A stretch of 63,990 nt of DNA, filler included, from Octopus bimaculoides (lineage: Eukaryota): assembly GCF_001194135.2 (NCBI RefSeq). It is 4 parts of 4 records of this genome, joined end to end, with 100 filler letters (N's around TTAATTAATTAA, not from the genome) between each part and the next. Parts side by side here need not be neighbours in the genome. Positions count along the whole stretch, not along the records: positions 1 to 27,482 come from NC_068981.1; 3 more parts are not named here. The stretch is one strand, 5' to 3'. Below, one piece after another: positions 12,126 to 25,828 of the stretch. The notes below the pieces were generated by a model. The model worked only from the letters and a program-made list of their open reading frames with translations. It did not search any database and was not told the DNA's origin. Positions within the stretch are counted from its first letter, which is position 1. Each line of letters opens with the position of its first letter. The position numbers were made by a program, and so were the translations under genes.

Positions 12126-13568
12126 GTAAGTATATTCACATAATTTATATTTATATAATGAGAAGCACAATTGTACATAACTGAACATAATATACTTACA
12201 AAGTTTCAAGTGAACCAAGTTAATGTTGCAATATTAGAATTTGCCAGTTGCAATATTAGAATTTGCCAGTTCCAAAAATACAATACCCTCTATACTGTTG
12301 AGCTTAATTTATGGCATCTTCAGCAAATAGTGTACCGTTTTCATGCACCTATATCCACGACAGCATTTAGAAACACGACAAAGATATCTTCTCATGGATA
12401 GTTCCAAATATTTGGGATATAAAACAAATATGATATTATAGGAGAACTAGCTCTCCTGTAGGGATACTCATAACAATATTAATACCTGGTGAATAACACG
12501 GAATCGCTTCATCAAGGTACAATTTGTAAATATATATATATAGAAAAGTCTTCGCAAACCTAAGATCTTGATCATATATAATAAACACAGATAGGCACAT
12601 AACTTACCTGTATTGTTAGTATTAGATTCACAGAGGGAATTAATATTTACTTTAAATTGTAATTATTTTTCTCTCATTATTAATTCCCATAAATGTCTGA
12701 AGAATAATGTGTAAATATTTCTCATTAGATTACGGGAAGAATTCATGTGCTTGAAGTATCTGCAATCGGTAAGATTCAGTGATTTATACGTGACGCAGAA
12801 TTAACATCTCCTTGACGGTTGCTGATATACAATGTCTTAGAGATGGCCATTACCAGTTAGAGGGCAGTTAGAATGGTTAATATAAATACTTAGTAGAATT
12901 ATAGTTTGGATCACAATGATCTTATATTCATTAGTTGAATATAACAAATTTGAAGTTAGTTTGCATCGTGTTTTGTAGCCATATGTTTTCACAGTAATTA
13001 TGTAATTTCTTCCAGAATCTGTTTGTCTGCTACAATTCAGTAACAAGTACGAACAAAAGATTGTTGCCGCTATAAAATCCATTTTACATTTGTAGGAATG
13101 TGGACGCCTTATGTTAAAGCGTAAAATGTAACCATAAGAGATTCCTTCACTAGACACTTGTTAAAGTGACACTAGTTGTGAACATTTACGCTGAACTCAG
13201 TGTTTCGGGTGGTTGGAAACATTTCTATTCTAGTAATGTCAAGAAAATGTATTCAGAGATGATATGTTTTTTATAAACGGTAATCTTCCTGATTTGCTGT
13301 ATTGAAATGGGAAAATAGGCAAACAATTACTGGTCGGTATTATTCCATAATAGTGGGAGAAAAATATTATGTATGTGTACTGACTGCAGCATGTTTCTTG
13401 GAAACTCCTGATGGGCTTATTTAAAGTAAATGGAGATTCTGAAAAAATGATTATTCAATTGTGTTCTGTGTTAAACTGCGAATGCTGAAGTGTAATAATC
13501 GCTTCCGTTCATTCCTTATTCATGACTTTGCTTGGTACACACGCGCACGCACGCACAAACACACATGC

Positions 13569-13641
<73 letters not shown>

Positions 13642-13642
<1 letters not shown>

Positions 13643-14056
13643 GAGGAAGTCAGAAATTATCCGCACTTTCGCCATAACATAACTTTATTATTGTCAGACT
13701 GCTTTTCCGCATACGTGTTTATAGTTGGTATCATTGCGATCACGTGATCGAAGTTTGAGCCAGATCGTGCCGTTCATGTTCTCGCTTTACAGTGTAAGCA
13801 TGGACCTTTCACCAGCAATGTGCACAAAAGAAGAACTAATGAGCAGTGATCCGATTGCTCTGGTCGGAAGGTGTGTCAAGTGCTGAAATTCATCGGATGC
13901 TTTTAGCACAATGCGAGGACGCCCGTCAACCCCCACCATTGTCGAGAAGACTCAGCAAGCTCGAGAGATGGTAATAGTGAACCGGCGAGTTACCATCGAT
14001 GAGGTAGCTCGTTCTCAACAGATTAGTCATGGTTCTGCCTATCAAAATGATCCACG
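13642..14056 (+). mobile_element. Mariner 5' fragment with internal deletion
   Basis: TA|CGAGG terminus; translation includes LWSEGVSSAEIHRML and GRPST..REMVIVNRRVTIDEVARSQQISHGSAY (mariner HTH region). Confidence 0.8.
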
Positions 14057-17000
14057 GCCTCCTTTTATTTTCTGACCAAGTTCACTCACAGGGCTTTAAT
14101 CGACTTAAGGCTATATTAGACGACAAATACCCAACGATCCCGTGGAAATGAGCCCGGCACTATGCAGTTGGGAAGCAAATATATCTTACGATTAGTTATA
14201 ATTCTATGTGCTTCAATTAATTTGATGCCTTTCTAGTTACCATATACTCGTAATTTATAGAATGCACTTCATATAACTTACATCATATTCAAATAATCTT
14301 AATAGATGCAAACTTCTTTAATATGAACGGCAATCTTTCTCCGATTGAGTAGAGGAATCATAGAGAAATTATAAGAAAGTTAGAGCTAGACAGAAATATA
14401 TCTTTTTATAATGTTAATAATTTGTTAATAACGTACTATGTAGGAATTTATAAAGTGATGAATTTACAGAAAGTCTTTATATATATATATATATATNNNN
14501 NNNNNNNNNNNNNNNNNNNNNNNNNNNNNNNNNNNNNNNNNNNNNNNNNNNNNNNNNNNNNNNNNNNNNNNNNNNNNNNNNNNNNNNNNNNNNNNNNCTT
14601 TTTATTTTTTGGTCGAATTAAAAATTTCCCCCAAAAAGCAAGAAAATTACCAGTGGCAACTTTATTAAAAATAATACATAAAAAAAGAATCAAGCAAATA
14701 CATCACCTTATTTATTACCATAAACTATGAGAATCTACTTCTTGTCGAAAGTAACTTGGAGTTAATAGTTTTATTCTTTAAATCAAGTCATAAATATTTT
14801 ATAAGTATCTCTATCGTTCTTGTTATTGTCGTCTCTTAATATTACATCTTAGGTATTGCATCAGATTATCATTCATTCTGTGAATTCGATATTCATACTT
14901 AAAAATATTTTCAATATCATACTAACGTGTTCCGTCACACGTTCTTTGTTATGGCTATAAGCCCACTTCATGCTTCATTGAACGAATATTTGATCGAATC
15001 ATCTAATCGTTGTTATGTCTGGTTTTGCAGTCATAGCAAATCTAGGACTACATTACAGTATCCAATGTGCTCTTCATATTTTAAGACAGCAAAGTATAAT
15101 TTCATAGACATCTTGTAACTGTTTCTATTTGGTTGAACAATGTCTCTGTGTGTGAATGTGTGCTTGTATGGTTGTATATATGTGTCCATGTGCGTGCGTA
15201 TGTGAATCAACATAGGCTCTGGAAACGGGGATAGATTCAAAAATTAAAGTAGGGATTTATGATAGTAATTAATATATACTTATTCGCCTTTGCTGTTCAA
15301 ATACACATGCCACAAGCCTCTCTGAATTCAATTGATGTCTTTATGCATATGTGTGTGTATGTGTGTGTGTGCGTGTGTGTGCCAGTGTATATGTGTTTAT
15401 GTGCCTGAGTGTGAAAATACATGTATTCAAACATGCATACATAGCAGAAGTTAACTTGCATCCGAGTATAAGCTTTACCTCAAAACTTGTAAGTTTCGGT
15501 TATGTTACAATGGAATCTCTTAATGTGATAACAGCCACCAACAGATGAATTGCTAGAAACCTCCAGATATACGCAAGCGTTGTTTCGGCCATTTTTTCAT
15601 CTGATTAACAGTGCTATCCCTAGAAATGGCTATTCTATCCATGAAGCCGTGCTGATTGTCTCCATTGCAAAATTTCGGAAAAAGAAATTGGCCCAAATTC
15701 CAAATCACATACGTGAAGATTTGTAAATACACCCACCAGCTCGTCTGATCTATTTGTCCTACCACACTCGATCTGGACAGGAGGATTTCTATAGGTTATT
15801 TTCTTAAACGTAAATCAATTATAATGAGTGAAGTGCGTACAGAACTGCACATACTGTAGAATGAAAGAGAGGTGGTTAAAAGTCAAATACGAGGATGACG
15901 AAAGACACATAAAGAGGAGAATGAAATGCAAGAAAAATAACACTAAAGTAACAGAGATGAAAGCGTGAGAAGAGTGGCATTTTCCGTGCCTATGTGTATC
16001 GTAAAGCAATTACTAATACGTTTAAAGGGAATATATTTATATAAGTGGTGGGGCGTGAAACAAAAGTGAGGAAGAAGAAAGTCTAAAACAATGTGGTACA
16101 AAAACCGTTAGTAAAAAAGCTACCTTCTTTTTTGTTTGCCAATATTGAAAAAAAGCAAACGCTGCGTGTCACGATATTTTTCTAAAACTTTGCAGTAATA
16201 AGGGATAATTTATATATATATAAATTCGAAGCATATGAAGGCATTTAAACCAAAATCCATAACGTTGCATTTTATATACCCTGTATGGAAAATATATTTT
16301 CTTCAAATAAAATTATTTTGCCGACGACATTTCGTGATCAACTTGTTCCACGAATCTAATTATATAACAATATATGGTACATAGCCAAAATGGATTAAAA
16401 TCTTTAGAATATGGCTTTCAAAATTCTATTAATAATCATATGTGTTATGTGATGAAAGTAATACTCCTTTTTCTCACTTATAAAACTTCAGTCTAAAAGC
16501 ATATATGCAGGGTGTACATTCTGTAATAATGGTGGAGTCTGCTACATTGAAGTAGCTACGTACTCACTTCACTGTCAGCTTGTTATGGAATATCATTTGT
16601 GTAAGATAATTCTTTGCTATGTGTCGCAACAAAATAGGTGGTAGGTCTGTAAATGAAGTGAATATATTTCAAACCCGTTAAACTCAGTTTTTTTTTGTCA
16701 TTTATTGATAAGAGGACCTAAGCTTGTGTTGGCATATTTACAATGTGGTTGGTTAAGAAAATAAAGTTGCAGTATTTATTTGTAGCTTCTTAAGATGGTG
16801 GTGGAAACCAAGTTTTTGGTGTTTTTCGAATAGCTGTAGTAAACCTTCAGAGAAGATATATCCAGATTCTAATTAGGTTTCCTGTGAGAGTAATTTATAC
16901 TCACATACATATCTGAAATAAAACAATGATGCTGGTAGTGATTGTAATCATTGAATTAAATTCTTAGGTTAAATAGGTTCAATAAATATATCGGGTGTGC

Positions 17001-17600
17001 TTGAATGGATGATACTTGATAATGATCTTTTCAGCAATTAGAGGCAGTAGTAGAACGAAAGAAATAGCAGGAGGGGGACATTGTATGCCTATGAACTTGA
17101 GGCTAGAGGTTATTTTATTTTAATCACCTGAATGAAACGTCAATGCAAATGGTCCGGGATGTTTGTATAAACAGTCGCAACATTGTCTCAGGTCTAGAGA
17201 ACAATGGAGAATGTTAGAAAATGTTGGACCGAGGTCACTCGAGCCTTGTAGAATATTAAACAATGGTGAGGGATCATATAATTTTGGGGCACGAAATGAA
17301 GGATTAGTCTTTCTACAGCAGTCTCGGTTAGGTAATGTAATCATTGGCTTACCTTATAACAGATCCTAATATTTAGCGCAGTCGTGAGAGCTTTACATGT
17401 GTATTGCTTGTGTTTATATGAAATGATATGTGATGATGGTAGATCTATAAATGAAGTGAATATATTTCAAACCCGTTAACTGGACCGTTGTAGTGTTTAC
17501 AGAGATTGCGATGCAATAGCATGATCTTGTAGGAGGTATAAAAAGGAGAAATATGACAGTTGAATATTCACTTCCTAAAAATAAAGCACACGTGTACACG

Positions 17601-17654
<54 letters not shown>

Positions 17655-20148
17655 TGTGTGAGCACGAGCGCGCGCGTGTATATACAAGAATGAAAGAAAG
17701 CTGGAACAAAGCTACATAAAATCTATGTATAACACAGTCGTTTTTATCTATCAATATGTTGTGCGTGTGTACACACAAATTCATACAGAATAGACATAAA
17801 AAAATCCGTTAATATATATATACGGTTTTATTTATGCTTCTGAATGGGTAAATTGTTTGAAGTATAAATTAATGCCTGCAATGTAAATAAACGTTTCGTT
17901 TGATTGTAAATACTTTTCTGAATATCTTGTAAGAAGTATATTTTCTTAATCTCATTTAAGAAATGTATACATTAACGGTCTTTATAAAATCTGATATCCC
18001 TTTATAAAATGAAATGTAAGTACTGATAAGACGTTTGTGATAAGATATTCTAGAGAATATCGTTTTTATTTAACTTTTACTGTCTGCTATTTAGAGAACA
18101 CGAAACATGAAAGCCACAGATCTAATATAATGACAATCAAAGACATTAAACGAGTCCTATTGAATAATGACGTAATATGTTTAAAGATTGTGCCTATGTA
18201 TATTTCACTTGGGAACACAGAATTAGATATGAGTCTGAAAGAATCTACTAATGGAGAACGTTTATTTATTTACAAATAAATTCTATTTCAGATGCTATTG
18301 CAATATTACGTTATAAATAACCCAAGCTAAAATTACATGTGCTGCACTGGTATTTAGCTTGAAGCTTTTATGGAAAATCTTTTCACAAATAGATACAAAC
18401 TAATAAATACATGTTTTAGATAAAACCTGATCTGCAGCATCCCTAGTTCGTAAGATACAATTCTCATGACGCAAGTGATTATAAGCAATCTGTCACTGAT
18501 ATTTTGCTATCACTATAATAAATATGCAATCTCACTCAATCTAACCGTAAATAGTTACTTGTGGAGAAGAGTGACACAGCATTAAACTATTGTAAATAGT
18601 GCTTACTGCATAATTTATTATTGATCCGTTAAAAGCTAGTATATAACGTAAATTTATTTGTAGAAAACACAGATAATCAAACACGTAGAACAAGAGAAGT
18701 ATAGGTGTGTGTAATCATAGAAAACTAAGAATTTCAACAATCTCTCTACTTTATTGCAGATAACGTAATTCAGATAGCATGCAGCTCGTTATGAGTATTA
18801 ATTTAATAGGCACGATTGGGGTAGAAGATTATATAGCATTTCTCAGGAAAATTCTGAAATGAATTTTTTTGCATATTTCATTATAGAACTCCATAAAAAT
18901 GTTCTTATACATACATCATTTTCTTACGATGTTATTTGCTATACTCATTGCTACATATAATCTCTGTTAAATTATTATTTTAATTAACATCATAAAAAGT
19001 TTGTAAACCTTTGAGAGAACATGAAATAATTATATTTTGGAGCTTAAAGTAATACAATGTAAGTATTGGATTCATGATCAAACGGGCACCCTCTGACTTT
19101 TTATTGTCTAAAAGAGTTCTCCAACCAAATACTTACATGTTATTATTTATATCTTAATATTTTAGTGTTATGCTAGACAAAATATTACAAAAGACTGCTA
19201 TAATACGAAAAACGAACAGCATTATGATTTCACCATCAATTGGAATTCACTGCGAATCTCGAAACGATATTTCTCTTTAGATTAGTGAACAAGTATCATT
19301 TGAAACCGTCCACTAGGATCATCTTAACAATTGTCGACAAGCCAATATTGATCCTTCCACAACTTTTACACGCAGTATTTTTTCCAAATCATGCATTAAC
19401 TTCCCATAGCTTATTGATCTTGAAATGCATCACGAACAAAAGAATACCTTTTAAAATAGAATGAAGAGCCGAAGGCTTGTTTCAAACAACTTTCAAATAT
19501 TATCTCATGATAAGATACTATCAAAGAACTTCAATGTGAAGATGTAATCTCCATGTGACAGAAACAGTAGAAAGAAAAATACGAAAGATATAACTGATGT
19601 TTTCAAAAGCATTGATCAGTTTTCAATTCTCCAATAGTGGAAAAAGTGTTTGTGAAATGCAATCAGAACAATATATTCTACATGTGGTGACATGCATATG
19701 TTGATCAGTAAGAAAACGCACAGGCGTAACTGCGCATAAACATTAAGTACTCATACACACGCACAAGTATTTGGGCACGCATGTGCATACTAGCGGCCAT
19801 ATATATACATATGTATATATATATATATATATATATATNNNNNNNNNNNNNNNNNNNNNNNNNNNNNNNNNNNNNNNNNNNNNNNNNNNNNNNNNNNNNN
19901 NNNNNNNNNNNNNNNNNNNNNNNNNNNNNNNNNNNNNNNNNNNNNNNNNNNNNNNNNNNNNNNNNNNNNNNNNNNNNNNNNNNNNNNNNNNNNNNNNNNN
20001 NNNNNNNNNNNNNNNNNNNNNNNNNNNNNNNNNNNNNNNNNNNNNNNNNNNNNNNNNNNNNNNNNNNNNNNNNNNNNNNNNNNNNNNNNNNNNNNNNNNN
20101 NNNNNNNNNNNNNNNNNNNNNNNNNTATATATATATATATATATATAT

Positions 20149-20212
<64 letters not shown>

Positions 20213-20529
20213 GTCTCTTTATTACCAACACAGGGCCGAACACAGAGGGGACAAAATACAATGGAGGGCTTTTCTTTTCGAATATAGAATAAAAGGAGAA
20301 AAATAAAATTCCGTTCAAAATTTTGTGAGAAAAAAAAACCATCAAAAGGGATTGTGTATCGCAAAAAAATCTTAAAAGTGTAAAAAGCAAAATGAGTTTA
20401 TCCGTGGAGAGAAAAGCCCACGGAGAAAAAAACACGGTAACTGCATGCACGGAGTGAATAAACACATGAAAGCAAAGTGCTCTCTCTCTTTTTTTCGATT
20501 TAGAGGATCCTGCTCAAAGTGCTTTCGTC

Positions 20530-21245
20530 ACTCGCACAGACCATCTTTGCTACATTCACTCACCTTTTATTGAAAATTTTACGAAACAAAACTTGCCTCT
20601 GTATTCTCACCTTCTTGTTCAAGTGGTACTTGCAAAAAATGATGAGTGATTGGCCAGTGAGGTAAGTGTTTGTCTCTAAACCTTTCGCTCGAGTTCACCT
20701 AACATTCATTCACCATGGCCACCAGTACGATGAAGACTGCTTTACCTTCCCGATTATGGGAAGGTGGCGGAGCAATTTTCATGATAGACATGGCCGACAG
20801 ATGAACTCGTCCCACACGTGACAGCAGCCGTTCGGCATAAGCCCAAATGTCCGAAATGTTTGGTGTGTCTCGAACCGTGTCTGTAGAGCTTACCCCGAAT
20901 GGTTAATGCTTCTCGACATCACTGCCAGGCCAGGGATCTCTGGTAATTGTCTATAAGTCCCGGCCCGAAAGTTGTCCTGAACAGGCGGGTCAGGTGTTCC
21001 TCGTCAGGTGTTCCCCAGATTCTGCCCGAGAACGTCATCGGACCTCCACTCCACTAATCCTCTATAGAACTCCTTAGTGGAATTAAAGTCGCACAAGTTT
21101 GGTCCCGGACGGCACAGTTGCTTGAGAGCAAGCCGGCACTAGTCTTGGTCTCTGTTAGATCCACGATTGCAGTTCGGCCAAAGAGACGAGCTGCGGGAAA
21201 GCGCACCGCACAAACGGCGACCACACCTGTTCATCGTCGTCTAAT
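20530..21245 (-). mobile_element. L1/Tx1-type LINE ORF2 C-terminal remnant
   Basis: GC-rich island; minus translation IDNYQRSLAWQ*CREAL..RGKLYRHG and LWAYAERLLSRVGRVHLS..VFIVLVAMV resembles the zf-RVT/C-terminal region of L1/Tx1 ORF2. Confidence 0.65.
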
Positions 21246-21801
21246 AAATATAGAATATGGTAATAACCTGTAGCCAAACTATATGGAATATAGTAATAGC
21301 GTATAGCAAAACTACTAATACCAGTGGGGTATTAGGAAATAAAAGAGAGACGTGTTTATACTGGCAAATTCTTCTGCCAGTAGCAAGGATGACGCTACAA
21401 TCATCAAACAATTTTGTAGCCGCAAAAAGGAAGCATGTTCACTTAAGGACCAAAAGAAAGATGTAGTGTTATAGCGGATGGAATTTTGGATTATTACATC
21501 TTTAGCCATGTCTTTCACTCAAAAATAGAGATGACATATATAGTACAAGTCTGAGTGGTTTCGTCTTGTCATTATACTATAAAACCCAAATGCAATACTA
21601 AATGTGAAATATTTAGTAGAGCTTCACCATATACCATTGGGAACTCAAAATATAATTTATGCTTGGAGTAAATATTTCATGTCTTTACCTCGAGATACAA
21701 GTTATTCAACCAAAGACAGAAATTAGTCCTCATATTGCGGCAATCTTCCATATTCTTGAGATATTTCCCAAATAAATTTTAATATGATATTACTAACCTA
21801 A

Positions 21802-21848
<47 letters not shown>

Positions 21849-21877
21849 TATAAACGTATCCATAGATAGATATATAC

Positions 21878-21917
<40 letters not shown>

Positions 21918-22799
21918 TATATATATATATATATATAGATATTTATATAAGTGTGTGTTCGTACGTTTGTATATACATCCATATACCTACAGATTTGTGA
22001 ATGTACATAATCTTGCAATTTATAATGTTTATTGTGCAATATAATATAAAAATGTTAAAGGGACCTCGGTGGACAGTCGAATACCAGTATTTCATCAAGC
22101 CGATGAAGTTGTCTAATATGTTGTTAGTGATTCCTTAAATTATATCATAGACAGAAGACAAAATAATAAATTAAAGAAGTGCTGAGTTTCACAAAGTTTC
22201 CTGGCATAAAATGATTTGATATGATGTTGTTTCACGGAAGATTTTCGAAGCCTTCTTTTTAGCGAGCTAGAACAGTAAACAGTTTATTGCTCAAGTTCGG
22301 TGATACTTGAGCTTCATAATCTAAGTGCTTGACTTTCATTATCGTTCATTCAAAGTAAAATACAAACCTGCAAGACTGTTGAAACCATCCAATCAGCTTT
22401 ATAATCCTCATTTAAGAAGTGATTCTTCTGTATCTAAGATAATCCAGTAGAGAATTTCAAGTGAACGTATCAATGAAACGTTTTCGTGAATAGCATATTG
22501 TTCTTTCATTAAAATTGTGTCCACTTATATTTATGCTGTAATCATATGTATTGAATGCTGTGCATGCGTATATAGTGGATGAATCATCGATGTGTATATA
22601 TANNNNNNNNNNNNNNNNNNNNNNNNNNNNNNNNNNNNNNNNNNNNNNNNNNNNNNNNNNNNNNNNNNNNNNNNNNNNNNNNNNNNNNNNNNNNNNNNNN
22701 NNNNNNNNNNNNNNNNNNNNNNNNNNNNNNNNNNNNNNNNNNNNNNNNNNNNNNNTATATATATAGGGATGACAAGTAATGTTTTAATGTGAAATAAAA

Positions 22800-24005
22800 A
22801 TTCATTTTGTTTTTCATACAAAGTATGAACTTTAATCAGTTATATATTTTCGATTTTGTTCCATGACATTTTGTCATCTTTCTCACAACTTTGTGATTCC
22901 TTGCTCATAGAACTTCTAGTGCTTAGCCAAAAACTGACGCAAGTATTCTTTCTAGTCATCATCATTATTGAAAGTTTTACCATGCAAAGAATTTTGTCAA
23001 CTTCAAAATAAATGATAATCTCATCTTGCAAGGTCAGGGAGATATGGTGGATATGACATCACTTCCCAACCATGCTCCAATAATTTTTCATGAGTTAGCA
23101 AAGACGTGTGTGGTCTAGCGTTGTCATGGTGGAACACTATTATTTTATGATTTGCCAATTCTGGCCATTTTTCTTTGATTGATTCCCCCAGTTTCATTAA
23201 GTGCTGAGAGTAAACATCTAACGCGAACGTTTGGTTCCTTAGAAGCAGCTCAAAATGCACAATACCTTCGTAATTCCACCAAATTGAGAGCATGACATTT
23301 TCGATGTGGCTTGTGCTGGTTCATTACACTTGGAGCATGATCGCTTACGATTGATTTTATTGTAGGCAATCTAGTTTTCATCACCAGTGATGATTCGTTT
23401 CAAATCAAGGACGATTTTATTACATTTGAGATGCATATCACAAATATTGTTTGACTGTGTTAAGTGAATCTCTTCCAATTTATGCGGAACCTAAATATCG
23501 AGCTTCTTAACAAGTCCAAGATATTTTAAGTGATTTTCAATTCTTGTGTGTAAAACATTTAACCTCTCTTCAAACTCTCGCACAGTTATATGACAATCAG
23601 ATTCAGTTACGGCTTTGATTCGGTCATCATCAACTGCAGTAGGTTGACCAGAACGTTGGTCATCTTTGGGTGAAAAATCTCCAGTACGGAAGTGTTAAAA
23701 CCATTTTTGATATGTGTGTTCTGTGGAACAATCAACATCATAAGCTTCACATATCTCTTTGTGAGCCTCAGCAGCTTTCTTACCTTTACAGAGATTAAAA
23801 AAAAAAAATATGGCGAAAATGTTCGTTTTCGCACTTCATGTTTAAAGTGAGACTGAAGTAAGTGTTGTAAACAAAATTACCCGCAATTTGCTTCTAAAGT
23901 TAGCTAAAAGTAACGGCTATCAAATGGCAAATGGAAAAAGTTATGACATTGACAAAGTCATTCACAATCGTAACTGCATTTGCGAGAAACGAAATTACTT
24001 TATAT
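22800..24005 (-). mobile_element. Near full-length decayed mariner element
   Basis: MLSIWWNYEGIVHFELL..HHDNARPHTS..PPYLPDLA (HDNARPH and YSPDLAP motifs), N-terminal HTH fragments near 23600-23834, and a TIR-like aaaagtaatttcgtttctcgc at the 5' end. Confidence 0.9.
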
Positions 24006-24049
24006 CTTCAGATCTATTTAGCTATGTTGCCTAAATTCGCCTTGATAGA

Positions 24050-24128
24050 TCGCTAGCCGCTAAACCTTTTTTTTATTTTCTCTCCCTGTTTATTTCTGGG
24101 TTCCTTTCTGTCGAAGAGCGTAGACTCG
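24050..24128 (+). mobile_element. Penelope-like terminal-repeat remnant
   Basis: ctctccctgtttatttctgggttcctttCTGTCGAAGAGCGTAGACTCGA, homologous to the minus-strand motif at 104-200. Confidence 0.5.
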
Positions 24129-25213
24129 ATATATATATATATATACTTGTATGCATTTGTATGCGTACGTGATTCACCAATATCATTTATTCTAACATCG
24201 ACGTCGAATGATGGAGGTATATCCGGAGTTTTAATCAGGTGGGATTAATTTACCAGACTGTGATAATTTAATCAAATCTAATTTTGACAATAAACGCCAC
24301 GACAAATTTGTTCCAAAGCTGTTCCCATTTGACAAAAAGGAAGGAAGTTAAAGTTTGAGATCTATTTAGCTATGCTGCCTAAATAACAGCCAAGTGCCTT
24401 TACAAGAAAATTTGAATTGACACGTGAGCTCAGATAATACCCTACACGATTATTGGAAATGTAACTCAGCCTAAATTTATGACCAGCACCTAAACTTGAA
24501 CATTTCCAACAGTTAAATAAACAGTTGTAATGATTGCTATAAAACTTCAGCACAAAAACTTGTGGAAATACAGATACTATCGTAATTGTTGCTGATACAA
24601 CGGATTCTGACGGTCACTGATTCTGCTATAGAGATATGACAGTAAAAAACTTACTTTATGTTGATTTTTGCCACATGATTGTGCCATTTTTTCTTTCTGT
24701 ATAGCATTGAATATCTAGGGTTTTATTTTGCACTGTGTCTTCTATTTTCTTAGAAGGGGAATGTTTAATTAGATGAGGATTTGGTTTCTATTTCTACCAG
24801 GTCAAGACATATGTGCATTCAACTGTGTAACTAATGCTTAAATCGAATGGTAGTTAAAAGGAGAAAAATGCATGTATAGACACAGGCGTTGATTGTCGGG
24901 TGTCGACGGAAATGATGGTTGAGTATTTATATATAAGAAGGGTGGATCCCAACAAATATATTGTAAGATATGTGAATAGCTGTATATGTAGAATAATGTA
25001 TACTTGATTATATGAACGTATCGAAAATAGAATAAAATCAATGAAAGCCATATGGAAGCAACACATATAATTCAATAAACATCTAAACTGACAATAAGCT
25101 CTTTATTCAAAAAATAAATTCCCGTTTAAATCATTCAATTGATTAGTATCGCTTTTATTAAGATTCATTTCAACTAAAAGCGATTCCATCTCCAGTTTTA
25201 GATGCTGTTGCAA

Positions 25214-25218
25214 CAATA

Positions 25219-25267
<49 letters not shown>

Positions 25268-25331
25268 ACACTACCACTACCACCACCACCACCACCACCA
25301 CCACTACTACTACTACTAATACTACTACTAC

Positions 25332-25364
<33 letters not shown>

Positions 25365-25412
25365 TAAAAACAACAAGAATAATTGTAGGAATCCTTGAAT
25401 TATCAATAAGAA

Positions 25413-25456
<44 letters not shown>
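25214..25456. repeat. Compound (TAC)n/(CAC)n/(TAA)n and (TAG)n microsatellites
   Basis: Direct reading; source of poly-V/T/L ORFs. Confidence 0.95.
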
Positions 25457-25795
25457 AAATAAAACATTAATTAATGACACTATGTGAATAGATGAATAAA
25501 TACGACGTTAAGAAAAAGTAGTATTGATGAAAAGGAGGTAGAGGGATCAGGAAACGTAGGAGAGAAAGAAGAAAGGGGTGGAAAAAAGGCGAGGACAAAG
25601 AATGAAGCGGTNNNNNNNNNNGGGGGGGGGGGGTAGAGGTAATGGCAGACGAAAGGATGTAGGAAGAGAGTTGCAAAAGAAAAGATGATAAGACTAAGAA
25701 GAAAACTACAAGTAGGCGATATGAAACTTTGGGATTTTATATGAAGGAGTGTAAAAGTGAAAAGAAAGTGAAGAGAAAATATCAAGAACTATCTT

Positions 25796-25828
25796 AAAAG
25801 CCGGCCTAACGGGCGGCTTTTATGCTAG
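25796..25828 (+). mobile_element. Probable Helitron 3' terminus (GC hairpin followed by CTAG)
   Basis: AAAAGCCGGCC-TAAC-GGGCGGCTTTT followed by ATG and CTAG at 25825-25828. Confidence 0.5.

Noticed and set aside
25796-25821. Bacterial Rho-independent terminator or contamination
   Set aside because: The context is eukaryotic repeat DNA with no bacterial ORFs; a Helitron end explains it better.
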